A stretch of DNA of 64,000 bases from contig CBDCWI010000002.1 of assembly GCA_965223325.1 (NCBI GenBank), positions 3,904,001 through 3,968,000 on the forward strand, written 5' to 3'. A program made the translations under genes and the position numbers. How positions within the stretch are numbered: the first letter of the stretch is position 1; each line of letters opens with the position of its first letter. Positions 28,568-39,100 of the stretch are shown here, piece by piece. Under the pieces are notes generated by a model. The model made no database searches, was not told where the DNA came from, and saw only the letters and a program-made list of their open reading frames with translations. This DNA comes from Candidatus Multivoradales bacterium (lineage in GTDB: Bacteria; Acidobacteriota; Thermoanaerobaculia; Multivoradales; Multivoraceae).

Positions 28568-28703
28568 ATGAGAGAGGGTAGGGCCGCTTCCGTTGCCGCG
28601 GCCCAGTCGGCCTATCTCCTGTGGAATGAAGCCTTTGCGCCTATTCAAATAGGCCCGCGTCGGTTAGGCTGGCGAATTCACCGGATTCTCTGGTTGGTTC
28701 GTC

Positions 28704-30059
28704 ATGAAGCGCACGGTTCACCAATTCGCAGCCTGGAAGAGGAGCGCAGTTTGCGCGCTCGTCCTGTCGTGGGCAGGTCTGGGTGCGCTCTCGTCGCAAG
28801 TGGTGTGGTCGAACCGGGTCGAGGTCGAAGGTGCCTTTCAGCCTGACGGTGAGGTCTATCAGAAGGGCGAAGTGGTCTGGGAGCCGCGCATCCAGGCGCC
28901 TCTCGGTCGCCATTGCTCGGCAACCTTCGAAGCACGACTGCGCGCCGACACCGAAGACATCATCGAGCCCGGGGTTCCAGACCAGCGAACCCGCTCGGCT
29001 GCCAACGAACGCTGGTTCATTGGCACGCAGATCGATAGTGCGGTACGCGAAGCCTGGGTTCGCTGTGCGAGCGGTGGCTTCCAGATCGACGTCGGCAAGC
29101 AGCAGACCGTCTGGGGCAAGGCCGATGGCCTCAAACTGCTCGACGTGGTCAACCCACAGTCATTCCGCGAGTTCATCCTCGACGACTTCGCGGACTCGCG
29201 CATTCCACTGTGGACGGTGTCGGCAAGCTACTCCTTCGGTCCCAGCAGTCTGCAGGTGCTGTGGATTCCCGACACGACCTACCATGAGCTACCCGCGAGT
29301 GGCTCCCCGTTCGCGTTCACTTCGCCGCTTCTCGCACCGAGGGTGTCGACCGCCGTTCCGGTTGAGCTCCTCGCCGTTTCCAAGCCGGGCGATGCCTTCG
29401 ACGACGCGGACTGGGGGGCGCGGTTTGCGACCTTCCTGGGTGGGTGGGATCTCTCGGCGGTGTACCTGCATCACTACGATGATCTACCAGTTTTCCGTCA
29501 ACAGGTGGTTGCTGATGGGCTGGGCTCACGGGTTGTCGTCGAGCCGACCTACGAACGGACCGATCTCTACGGCGGGAGTTTCAGCAACGCTTTCGGCAAG
29601 TTGACCGTACGCGGCGAGATCGGTCTGTCGGACGACAAGGCCTTTACCTCGAACGATCTCTTCCACGCCCGTTCTGACTCCTTCGGCCTGGTTCGTTCCG
29701 ATGAGCTCGGCTGGGTCCTCGGACTCGACTGGTACGGCATGCCTCAGTCGATGCTGAGTTTTCAGTACTTCGAGAGTCGCGTCGACGACGACCTGCCCCT
29801 CGATCGCGAAACCGTCGAGAGGAACGTCACCGGCTTCTACCGCTGGTGGAGCCGCAGTGAGAAGCTCGAGGCGCGCTTGATGTGGATGCACAATCTCGAG
29901 CGCAACGACGGTCTCGTACGGCCGGAGGTCCGCTATCAGTGGTTGGACATGACCCGGCTATGGATCGGCTATGACCACTTCTACGGAACGCGCCTCGGGC
30001 TGTTTGGCCAGTTTCGTGATCAGAGCCGCCTACGCATGGGCCTCGGCCTGCAATGGTGA
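28704..30059 (+). CDS. DUF1302-like outer-membrane beta-barrel
   Basis: Signal peptide; VREAWV, VGKQQTVWGKADGLKLLDVVNP, SRIPLW, GLFGQFRDQSR; C-terminal Trp. Confidence 0.8.
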   Translation: MKRTVHQFAAWKRSAVCALVLSWAGLGALSSQVVWSNRVEVEGAFQPDGEVYQKGEVVWEPRIQAPLGRHCSATFEARLRADTEDIIEPGVPDQRTRSAANERWFIGTQIDSAVREAWVRCASGGFQIDVGKQQTVWGKADGLKLLDVVNPQSFREFILDDFADSRIPLWTVSASYSFGPSSLQVLWIPDTTYHELPASGSPFAFTSPLLAPRVSTAVPVELLAVSKPGDAFDDADWGARFATFLGGWDLSAVYLHHYDDLPVFRQQVVADGLGSRVVVEPTYERTDLYGGSFSNAFGKLTVRGEIGLSDDKAFTSNDLFHARSDSFGLVRSDELGWVLGLDWYGMPQSMLSFQYFESRVDDDLPLDRETVERNVTGFYRWWSRSEKLEARLMWMHNLERNDGLVRPEVRYQWLDMTRLWIGYDHFYGTRLGLFGQFRDQSRLRMGLGLQW

Positions 30060-30068
30060 GCAAGGGCC

Positions 30069-33000
30069 TCAGGGTTGTTCCAACGCCTCCTGCTGGAACA
30101 TGCCGGTTGATAGATCCGTGTCATAGGCGACGTCGCTGAAACGGAAGGTCGTCGAACCGCCGGTCGCGTGATTGATGCACTCGAGACGGTGCACGGTGTC
30201 GATGCCGTCGACCTTCCTGATGTCGTGAGCGGTGATGGTGCGCTCGAGCGTCTGGCCGGTCCAGTACTCGACTCGTCGAGTGAGCCAGGTCTCACTGTCG
30301 ACCCAGCGCGTCGCCCGCTCGTGACCGAGCACCTTGGCCAACCGGCGACTCTTCACCAGGCCGTCAACGACAATGCACTGGCAGTCGTCGAGGGTCTGCC
30401 AGCCGACGGTCTGCCAGTTGTAGTCATCGAGCTCGACCTTCATCTCGTTCTTGATGTTCTCGTAGGTGAAGTCGGTGCCAAGGAAAGACTCGCCGCGGTT
30501 GGAAGCAGAGATGCGCCGGACGCGCCGGTACTCCGGCAGGTAGAGCCACTGGTCGTCGGCTTTACCGTCGCCGTAGTCCCAGGTGAGAAACGCAGTGCCC
30601 CGAACGGAAACCGGCTCGACGTAGCGGATGAGGCTCTGCTTGCGGTCGCCGTCGTAGCGTCGGAACACGGATGCCTTGCGGTGACGCTCGCGCCCGCGGG
30701 CGTCACGGACAGTGATCTCTAGAGATTCGCGCAGAGTCTCGCCATCCGAGCGCGCATTGACGAGCTGGGCGACGCGTAGGCCCTCGATCTTTGTTCCCGG
30801 TGCGAGGGCGGAGTCGGCTTCGGTGGAGGTGCCACGCGAGTGGCCGGTGCCGAGGGCGACAGAGAGCCCGAGCAACAAAACGACCAGCGTCGCCGGGGAG
30901 CCGACCCCGGCCTGGGCGCGCCGTCTCGCCTCGAGCTGGCGCGCAATCGCGGCGGGGGCGCTTTCGCTGCGTTCCTTCTCTGGCACATGTTCGTGGAGCT
31001 CGGCTTCGTGAAGCGGCCAGCCGACCAGCCGCAAAAGGCTCGGAAGCAGGAAGAGGTCAGCGGCAAGCGCGACGACCAGGGTTATCGCGGTTGCCAGACC
31101 CATATGGGCGATCGGTTGAAAGTCCGAGAACAAGAGCACCAGAAAGCCGAGTCCGAGGCAGACAGTGGTCACCAGGAGCGCCGGGCCAACGCGTTCGTAG
31201 ATCGCGGAAAGCGCCTGCCGTGGGTGATGGTTCCCCTTACCGCCGAGATGACCGAGGACGTGGGCGGTGTCGTCGACGGCCAGGCCCAGCGCCAGGCAAC
31301 CAGTGATACTGGTGACGAAAGACAGCGGAATTCCGGTCCAACCCATCAGCCCGAGGCAGGTTGCGATCGGGACGACGTTCGGAATCATCGAGAGTAGACC
31401 CAGTTTGAACGAGCGCAGGGAGGCCATCATCAGGAGTGTGATGAGAGCCACGGCTACGGCCAGGCCACGCAGCATGTTGCGCACGATCCCGTCCATTGCT
31501 TTGGGAAACAAGAGCCAGGTACCGAGGACTTCGACATCCAGGTTCGCCGGTCGGGTCGGGGTCTCGGCAGCAAAGCCGAGCAACCGCTGGCGCAGATCGA
31601 GCACTGCCTTCGACGAGCGGCTGTCGACCTTGAGGAAGACGTTGAGCGCTGAGCGGTCGAAGTTGACGTAGTACTCGAAGTCTTCTGGGCTGCCGCTACT
31701 CTCGTAGAGCACCATGTACTGCGCGGCGAGTGCCGGAGAGGTGAAGTAGCGTCGTTCGCTGTCGGGCTCGCCGGGCGGTTCGGGGTTCATCGCGTCGTCG
31801 ATGAGCGCCAAGTAGTCGAGCAGTGAGACTGAGCGGGTGACGATCGGATCCGCCATTGCGGTTTCGATGGCGCCGTGCGCGAAACGCAGCACCGACGGGG
31901 CGAGGGCTCCTTCGCCCTCCTCGGTCGACAGAACCAGGTTGACCCATAACGAACCGTCGAAGCGGTCGCTGAGGAACCCATCGCTCAGGCGATGAAAGCT
32001 GTCGGCCTTCCAGTAGGTGATCGGGTCACTCTCGAGCCGCAAGCGAAAAACCCCGCCGACCACGACCGCGACGAGGAGCAGGGTGACCAGGACCGCTCGC
32101 CAGGGTCGCTCGGCTCGTTCCACGCCGTACTGGGCGATCTGCGAGAGCAGTTGGATCCGGCGCGGGGGTGGAGGCTCGAAGCCGAAAACCTGAGCCAGTG
32201 CGGGCAGCAGGAGGAGGCTGGCAGCCAGAGCTCCGAGAATCCCGACGGCGAGGCCGGCGCCGAGGTGCTTGAGCACCTCGATAGGCATCAAGGTCAGGGA
32301 CAGGAACCCAGCGCTGGTCGACAGAGCCGAGATCGTGCAAGGTCTTGCCAACCGCGCGACCAGACGTGCACCGGGTGACAGGTCGAAAAACGGATCCTCT
32401 GCTCCTGCGCTTCGGAGGAGGGCGAAAGCGTAGAGACCGTAGGCGCCGGCGGTGGCGACCAGGATGGTCGGCAGAGTCGCAGACACAGCGGTAAACGGTG
32501 CGCCAACCAGAGACAGCCAGGCCGTTGCCAGAACATTGGACCAGGCTGCCAACACGCCCACAAAAAGCACGACGCCCCAGTGCCTGAGGATCGTGACCGC
32601 GAGGATGAGGACCAACACCAGGGCAGCCGATGTCAGGACTCCGAGGTCGCGCAGGCCGATGCGGGTACTGTCGACCTCGGCCGCCGGGTAGCCACCAACC
32701 CAGGTCGCCCAGGGCGCGCGCTCGAGAATGCGCGCGGTATCCGTGACCACTTCCTGGTTGATCGCACCGCTCGCCCGATCACCCTCCAGGGTGGGAACGA
32801 TGAACATCGAGACGGCGCGGCGATCGTCCGCAATGAGGTTGCCGTCGACGAGACGATGGCCGTCGATTCGCGCCAGCAGTCGCTCGAAGGAGGCCGCGAG
32901 TTCTTCCGGGGTGGCCGTGCCGGCAAGGAGCTCCTCTCCCACCAGACCCGAGGTGTCGAGAAAGCCCTGCTCGTCGGCGCGCACGTCCTCGACGGAAGTC

Positions 33001-33311
33001 AGATCGATGACATCAGAAACGCTGGGTAGAGATTCGATCTCGCGACGGAGGGAGGCCAGGAGCGCCAGGTCGCTGGCGGTCAAAGGTCGCCCGAGGTCGA
33101 TGCCGACCATCAGCATCTCGTCGTTCTTGAACTCGGCCTTGATCTCCTGGTTGCGGGCGCGGTCGGGATCGTTCTGGAGCAGAAAGTAGTCCAGTCCGGG
33201 ATGGATCTGGATCTTCGTTGCCGGCACGAGACCGATTACGAACGCCAGCCCGAAGAGCAAGATGATCAGGCGAGGGTACGTCTGAACCAACTTCTGCAGA
33301 ACACTGATCAT
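30069..33311 (-). CDS. MMPL/RND transporter fused to a LolA-like lipoprotein-sorting domain
   Basis: Two MMPL repeats (SMIPNVVP, GLAVDDTAH), an internal hydrophobic segment, then VRGTAFL..DDQWLYLPEYRRVRRIS..FLGTDFTYE. ATG 33311 is used because the longer ORF overlaps the kinase. Confidence 0.85.
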   Translation of the reverse strand: MISVLQKLVQTYPRLIILLFGLAFVIGLVPATKIQIHPGLDYFLLQNDPDRARNQEIKAEFKNDEMLMVGIDLGRPLTASDLALLASLRREIESLPSVSDVIDLTSVEDVRADEQGFLDTSGLVGEELLAGTATPEELAASFERLLARIDGHRLVDGNLIADDRRAVSMFIVPTLEGDRASGAINQEVVTDTARILERAPWATWVGGYPAAEVDSTRIGLRDLGVLTSAALVLVLILAVTILRHWGVVLFVGVLAAWSNVLATAWLSLVGAPFTAVSATLPTILVATAGAYGLYAFALLRSAGAEDPFFDLSPGARLVARLARPCTISALSTSAGFLSLTLMPIEVLKHLGAGLAVGILGALAASLLLLPALAQVFGFEPPPPRRIQLLSQIAQYGVERAERPWRAVLVTLLLVAVVVGGVFRLRLESDPITYWKADSFHRLSDGFLSDRFDGSLWVNLVLSTEEGEGALAPSVLRFAHGAIETAMADPIVTRSVSLLDYLALIDDAMNPEPPGEPDSERRYFTSPALAAQYMVLYESSGSPEDFEYYVNFDRSALNVFLKVDSRSSKAVLDLRQRLLGFAAETPTRPANLDVEVLGTWLLFPKAMDGIVRNMLRGLAVAVALITLLMMASLRSFKLGLLSMIPNVVPIATCLGLMGWTGIPLSFVTSITGCLALGLAVDDTAHVLGHLGGKGNHHPRQALSAIYERVGPALLVTTVCLGLGFLVLLFSDFQPIAHMGLATAITLVVALAADLFLLPSLLRLVGWPLHEAELHEHVPEKERSESAPAAIARQLEARRRAQAGVGSPATLVVLLLGLSVALGTGHSRGTSTEADSALAPGTKIEGLRVAQLVNARSDGETLRESLEITVRDARGRERHRKASVFRRYDGDRKQSLIRYVEPVSVRGTAFLTWDYGDGKADDQWLYLPEYRRVRRISASNRGESFLGTDFTYENIKNEMKVELDDYNWQTVGWQTLDDCQCIVVDGLVKSRRLAKVLGHERATRWVDSETWLTRRVEYWTGQTLERTITAHDIRKVDGIDTVHRLECINHATGGSTTFRFSDVAYDTDLSTGMFQQEALEQP

Positions 33312-33336
33312 GGGTGCGGTTACTCGGATGGATGGG

Positions 33337-36102
33337 TCAAGAAGCGGTGTCGTGCCGGAGGTTGTTTTGCAGCGCGGCCTCAACCGCCGCTTGGTCCATC
33401 TCGTGGTCGAGCGGAATCGTGATGCGAAAAGTCGCACCGCCCAGGCGGCCGTTGGCGATGGCCTCGATCGTACCGCCGTGGGCGCGGACGAGGTTGCGTA
33501 CGGTAGCGAGGCCGAGGCCGGTGCTTCGTTTCCCTGAGTGGAAGGGCTCGAAGATGCTCGGTAGCCGCGCGACGGGAATGCCGGGGCCGTTGTCTTGAAT
33601 CTCGACGAGCAGAGTGCGCCCCTCGTCAGCTCCGGCCTGGTCGATCTGCGCCTCGAGTCTGACGGTGCGGGGTTCGTCCTCACCGGCCAGGGCGTCGCGG
33701 GCGTTGTGGATCAGGTTCTCGATGACTCGCGCCAGCGCCACCGTGTCGAGGCTTCCCCTGGCGCTCGCATCGATGGCGATCTCGAGCTCGAGGTCAATGG
33801 AGCGACGCTCCAACTCACCGCGCAGACCCTCTGCGACGTCTCGTAGAAGCTCGGCTACGGTGGTCTGTTCACGCGCCAGCTGGGGCGTGCCTCCGCGGGC
33901 GAAGTTGAGCATCTCTTCGGTCATCCGACCGAGTCGATCGACGGCGGTGCCGATTTGTTTGAGTGGCTCTGCGACCGCGTTGCCGTCTCCGTTCTCGGCC
34001 GAGCGCTCGGCGAAGTGGCCGGCCAACTCAGCGTAGCCCTTGACCACGGTGAGCGCGTTGCGCAGGTCGTGGGCGATGGCGCTCGACATCTGGCCAATCG
34101 CCGCAAGGCGCGTGTCGCGTTCAGAGAGCTGCTCCTCAGCGGCCTTGCGGCGCAACAACGCACCAACGCGAGCGACGAGTTCGCGGGGAACGAAAGGCTT
34201 CACGAGGTAGTCGTCGGCGCCGTACTCCAAGCCCTCGACAATGGCACCGGCGCCGGCGCGCGCGGTCACCATGATGATCGGGATGGAGGCCAGGGCGGAA
34301 TCGGCGCGGATCTCCTTGCACAGCTGTTCGCCGTCCATGCGCGGCATCATGACGTCCGAAACCACCAGGTCGATTCGCGCGCTTTGCAGTGCCTCGAGGG
34401 CCTCGACGCCGTCGGCTGCTCGCACGACGCGATACTTCTCGAGCAGCGCTCGTGCCATGAAGTGCCGAAGGTCCTGGTTGTCGTCGACCACCAGCACGAT
34501 CGGCGCGTCCTCGGGTGGTTGGTAGTCGGGTTGGTCCTCACCGGGCGGGCGCAGGGTGGTCGGCGCAACATCCGCGAGAGCAGTGTCGCGCAGTGCGCGG
34601 CGATACTCCTGGGCGGCGAGCGCCGAGCGTCGGGCCTCAGCCATGCGATCCTGGCGACGGCGAGGCTGGCTGCGCCGATCTTCGACATGCTGCTGACGGG
34701 CCGGCAGGGTGGCGCGAAACGTCGAGCCCACTCCCACTTCGGAGTGCACCACGAGGTCGCCGCCATGCAGGCGTGCCAGTTCGCGCGCGAGCGCCAGACC
34801 AACGCCCGTTCCTTCGTGGGTGCGCGCGCTCGAACTGTCGACCTGATAGAAGCGATCGAAGACCTTTTCGAGTTCGCTCTCTGGGATTCCTGAGCCGGTG
34901 TCTTCGACCTCGAAAACGACCTTCTCGGGTTCTTCATTGCGCACGCGGACGGTGATGTGGCCCTTCTTTGTGAACTTGAGGGCGTTCGAAACCAGGTTCG
35001 CCGCAATGACCCAGATCTTGTCGACGTCGAGTTCGGCAGGTCGGAGCTTCTCTTGCTCGAAGCGCAGCTCGAGCCCCCGGGACTCCGCCAGGGGCCGCGC
35101 CGACTGAACCACCTCTCCAATCAGCTCGCCGACATCGACTCTCTCTGTGGCCAGGTCAAGCGATCCAGATTCGAGCTTCGCGATGTCGAGCAGGGCATTG
35201 ACCTGTCGTAGCAGGCGGGTGGCGTTGGTGCGCATCGAGGCCAACAGCTCGCTGTGCCCTGGGTCGCTGATCTGGCCGCGCAGGGTGTCGATAGGGCCGA
35301 GAAGAAGCGTAAGCGGTGTTCGCAGCTCGTGACTGACGTTGGCGAAGAAGCGTGTCTTGGCTTCGTCGAGCGCGAGCAGGTCCTGGTTGGCCTTCTCGAG
35401 TTGCAGGCGCAAGGAGAGGTCGCGCCACAAGGTCCTCCTGGCAGCGAATGTTCCGAGGGCGGTGAATGCCGCTGCGCAGACGAGAAAGAAGAAGTGCGCC
35501 ACCATCTCGCGCGAGGTCCCGGCGCTGGGAATGGTGAGCGCCAGGTGGAGAACCGCGGTGGCGGTTCCGAAGGCGAGCATCAAGAGCGGGTGAATGGGCA
35601 TGGAGAGCCCCAGCCCACCGATGACCAGCATGATGCCGACGAAGTAGGTGCTCTGCCAGCCGGCCATCAGTGCGCCGAGGAGTGAGATCACCGCTGCGCA
35701 GAGTAGGCCGTTGCCAATGACCAGCTTCTCGGCCCAGCGCGCGGCACCAGGGCGTCGCACGATCAACCAGGCCACCAGGCACGAAGCGGCGACCCCCAGT
35801 CTCAGGCCCAGGGCGAGATAGGCGAGACGGGGTTCGATGACCACATCCAGAAACCAGAACGCGGCGAAGAGAAAGGCCGTCGCGCCCAGCAGGCGTCGAC
35901 CCCGGTCGCGCAGCAACGCTTCGAGCTCGCGATCGAACTCGCGTGCCAGGGAAGGCTGGCTATCGCCCACGGGATGGGTTCCCGTCCAAGAAGTATCCAA
36001 AACCGGCGGTCGCCCCGTCTCGGTATGTGTTGGGCAATGGCAAGAGAAGAGCGAGTTGTTGAAAATACTAGAGTTGTGCCGTTCTCCCAAGCCCGACGAC
36101 AT
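33337..36102 (-). CDS. Membrane hybrid histidine kinase: TM sensor-HisKA-HATPase-REC-HisKA-HATPase
   Basis: H-box 1 NVSHELRTPL, NLVSNALKFT, DTGSGI, GTGVGL; REC VVDD/SDVMMP/KPF; H-box 2 IAHDLRNAL, NLIHNARDA, DNGPGI, TGLGL. The true start may be ~36000. Confidence 0.92.
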   Translation of the reverse strand: MSSGLGERHNSSIFNNSLFSCHCPTHTETGRPPVLDTSWTGTHPVGDSQPSLAREFDRELEALLRDRGRRLLGATAFLFAAFWFLDVVIEPRLAYLALGLRLGVAASCLVAWLIVRRPGAARWAEKLVIGNGLLCAAVISLLGALMAGWQSTYFVGIMLVIGGLGLSMPIHPLLMLAFGTATAVLHLALTIPSAGTSREMVAHFFFLVCAAAFTALGTFAARRTLWRDLSLRLQLEKANQDLLALDEAKTRFFANVSHELRTPLTLLLGPIDTLRGQISDPGHSELLASMRTNATRLLRQVNALLDIAKLESGSLDLATERVDVGELIGEVVQSARPLAESRGLELRFEQEKLRPAELDVDKIWVIAANLVSNALKFTKKGHITVRVRNEEPEKVVFEVEDTGSGIPESELEKVFDRFYQVDSSSARTHEGTGVGLALARELARLHGGDLVVHSEVGVGSTFRATLPARQQHVEDRRSQPRRRQDRMAEARRSALAAQEYRRALRDTALADVAPTTLRPPGEDQPDYQPPEDAPIVLVVDDNQDLRHFMARALLEKYRVVRAADGVEALEALQSARIDLVVSDVMMPRMDGEQLCKEIRADSALASIPIIMVTARAGAGAIVEGLEYGADDYLVKPFVPRELVARVGALLRRKAAEEQLSERDTRLAAIGQMSSAIAHDLRNALTVVKGYAELAGHFAERSAENGDGNAVAEPLKQIGTAVDRLGRMTEEMLNFARGGTPQLAREQTTVAELLRDVAEGLRGELERRSIDLELEIAIDASARGSLDTVALARVIENLIHNARDALAGEDEPRTVRLEAQIDQAGADEGRTLLVEIQDNGPGIPVARLPSIFEPFHSGKRSTGLGLATVRNLVRAHGGTIEAIANGRLGGATFRITIPLDHEMDQAAVEAALQNNLRHDTAS

Positions 36103-36128
36103 GATTTCTTGCGAAACAGCGAGGGAGC

Positions 36129-39100
36129 CTACGAAGGGGCGTCCCAGCTGCCTCCCCAGCTGCCGAGCTTGACCGCGCGCCCGATCACGGCTGTAGCGGG
36201 GCTTCCCAGTCCCTCGAACAGGTTGACCCGTGCAAAACCTGCTTCATGCAGGAGGTCACGAAGCTCCTCGCGCCCAAAGAAGCGGAATCGGCCGTCTTCT
36301 TCGAGCTCGATGAGCCTGCTCATCATGTTGGCAAAGCCCCGCAGCGCTTCGAGTTGGTGGGCTGCCTCAGGGTCGCCCTTCTCGACTCGCGCGCGCAGCA
36401 GCTCACTTTCCTCGCGGTACTGCTTTGACGGATCCCAGTTGGGCTGTAGGGATGACACCACCAAAACGCCGCCCGGCCGCAGGATGCGATGCATCTCGCG
36501 GATGGCAACCAGGGGGTCGGCGAGGTAGGAAACCACGAGCGAGCAGCCGATCCGGTCGAGGCTTTCGTCCGGGAAGTCGAGTGTCGCGCCAGGGCGAGCA
36601 TCGGCGAAGCTGAGATGCTCGAACTCGAGGTCGAGCGCGGTGGTCGCCTTCTCGCGACCGGGCCGAAGGTCCGTTGGGAGCACTTTACCGTGGCAGAACC
36701 TGGCCGCTCGGCCGATCTCCTCGATGACGTCCAGCTCGGTGCGCTCGAGATCGGGGCAGATCGTGCTGAGGCGCGCGCGGGTGAGGGGAGCGCCGCGCAG
36801 TGCTTTGTGCAGCGCCTTGCCGTAACACTCCTGAATCCGTGCTGCGGTCAGTGCTTCGAGCCCCCCGATGCGACCGGCGAGCTCTTCGACACCGTACGCT
36901 CTTCCCTCGAGGAAATCCTCGATCGGTCGCAGGCGACTGACCTCGAGGTCGGCGTTTACCTGGAGGCAGGGAAACTCACCGAGCTTGCGGGCGATCCTGG
37001 TCTCTTCGACCTTCGTTGCGGTGCGCTCGAGCGCTTCGGGCACCAGGTCCAGAATCGTGTACGAAGCCGGAGCCTGATCCTCAGTGAGAGTGCTCAAGAT
37101 GGCTCGCGACAGGTTGCCCGTTCCGCACCCGAAATCGGCGAGGTCTTCATCAGGTTGTGGATCCAGGAGTCCGACCTGGTGTTCCAGGAACTGTGGATAG
37201 TCGGGGTGCTCGAGCAACACGTCGTAGGCCAGGTCGTCGCCCCCGGAGCCGAACAGGTGCTGGTGCCAGAAGGTTCGGGCATCTCCGAGTCTGTACCGCT
37301 TGACGCGCGCCCATTCGGCGCGTGATTGCTCGCCGAACTTGCGCAGGTCCGGGTCGGTCGCCGGTCGATCTTCGCCGAAGATGTGTTTTGCCACCGACTC
37401 ACTGACCAGCTTGAAGACCTCGATCGCCTCGGGCCCCTCTTTCAAAACATGACCGGTGGCGCACTCGAAGACCTCGCGGATGCCGCTTCCCGGTGCCTCG
37501 AGCATCTGCTGGACGCGGCTGCGGGTGACCCAGTGGTCGTAGGTGCCGACGATCCAGGTGATCGGCGTGGTGATGGCTGCGATGTCCCGGCGCGCCTCGG
37601 CCAGGTAGGCCAGGTCGAGTTCCGCGGCCTTCGCGAACCAGTTGTCGACCAACACCGGGCGCCCATGGACGTGCATGCGTTCGGGTGCCTCCCCCTTTTC
37701 CCACAGCGGAAAGAGGTCGAGGCCCGCGAAGTAGTTGCGCATCATGTCCTGGGCATCGGGACAGCCGAAGGGTGCAACCCAGGCGTCGATTCGTGGCCCA
37801 GCGTCGTCCACCACCCGGCGCGCTGCGATCGCCGAGAAGGATACCGAGACCAGGGCACACTTCTGGGGGTTGAATCGCTGTTCGACGTAGCGCAGCGAAG
37901 CGTTGATGTCGTCGACCAGGTTTGACAGGTCCCACTCCAGGTAGGGCTGGTTCTGTTCAACCAACTTCGGGTTCATGGTGCTTTCACCGACGAGGTGACA
38001 GAGATCGAAACGAAGGACAACGACACGCCGACCTCCGCGTCCGAGGTCGTCGACCAGCGTTCGGGCCTGCAAGCCGAAGACCTCCTTGCGTTTCAACAGC
38101 GCGGGCGCAACGAGAACGGCGACATCGGGTCTGAGACTGGGGTCACTTGTATCGAAGTTGGCATCGATGAGACCGACGACGGACTCGCCGCGCCGATTGC
38201 GGTACTGCACGACTTCGACGCCGCTTTCGATCCGCGACCGTTGGCGCCCGAGAACTTGCGACACGCGGCTGCGCAGGAGGGCAAAGGTGCGCCGTAGGCG
38301 ATTACCCCGGGTGGACTCGAGCGAACGGCTGCTGCGGTCTTCGAAGACCGAAGGTTGACCGGGTTCATCGTCGAAGTGCAGTCCAACGCGCAGTGTCTGG
38401 TCGTCGTAGCGCGTCAAGTAGCGGATGGTCGCTCCGGAGACCGGTCGCTCGTAGCCGTTCTGGCTGACCATGAAGTGCGGCAGCCGCGTCCCGACCAGGA
38501 ACGGCGTGTTCAGAGGAACGCACATCGAGGCGCCGCCTTCGGCAAGGTCGAGGAGCTCGAAGCGCGTGAAGCCGCCGGTGAGGTGGGGAGCGCGGAACTC
38601 ACAGTAGCCCGCCGCCTCGCTCCGACGGTTGGTCCGGCGTTCGGTGACGTAGAGCCGTTGCGGTGCGAGCAACACGGGGCGTTGCCCAGGTACGAGCAGA
38701 ACGCCCTCGAAGGCGTAGAACAGGCTACCGTCTGAGAACACGATGTAGACGACACGGCTGGTCGTGTCCTCGACCAGCTCGACGCCGTCGAGGGTGAGGG
38801 TCGAGCGCGTCGGGTCGTCGTTGAGTGTCAAGCCAGCGAGTGTCGCCTCGTCGATCTGGAACCCGCGTTGAGCCAGGACGCTGATCGGGTAGCGGCCGGC
38901 AATGGCGGTCCGGAGGATCGCTTCGACTCCCTCTGGATCGGCAACCGGCAACAGGTTGCTGGGTAACAGGTCGCCTAGTCGTTGCTGCACGCGCACGATG
39001 GCGTCGTCCATCTCGAGAAAGCCGGCGTGACTTCGCAGGCGTGCACGGTCGCGCGCCGCGAGCTCTTCGAAGCGCACGCCGAAACCAGCCGGGCTGGTCC

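Noticed and set aside
33312-33683. N-terminal extension of the MMPL ORF
   Set aside because: Overlaps the kinase 3' end in another frame and has a non-protein-like composition.
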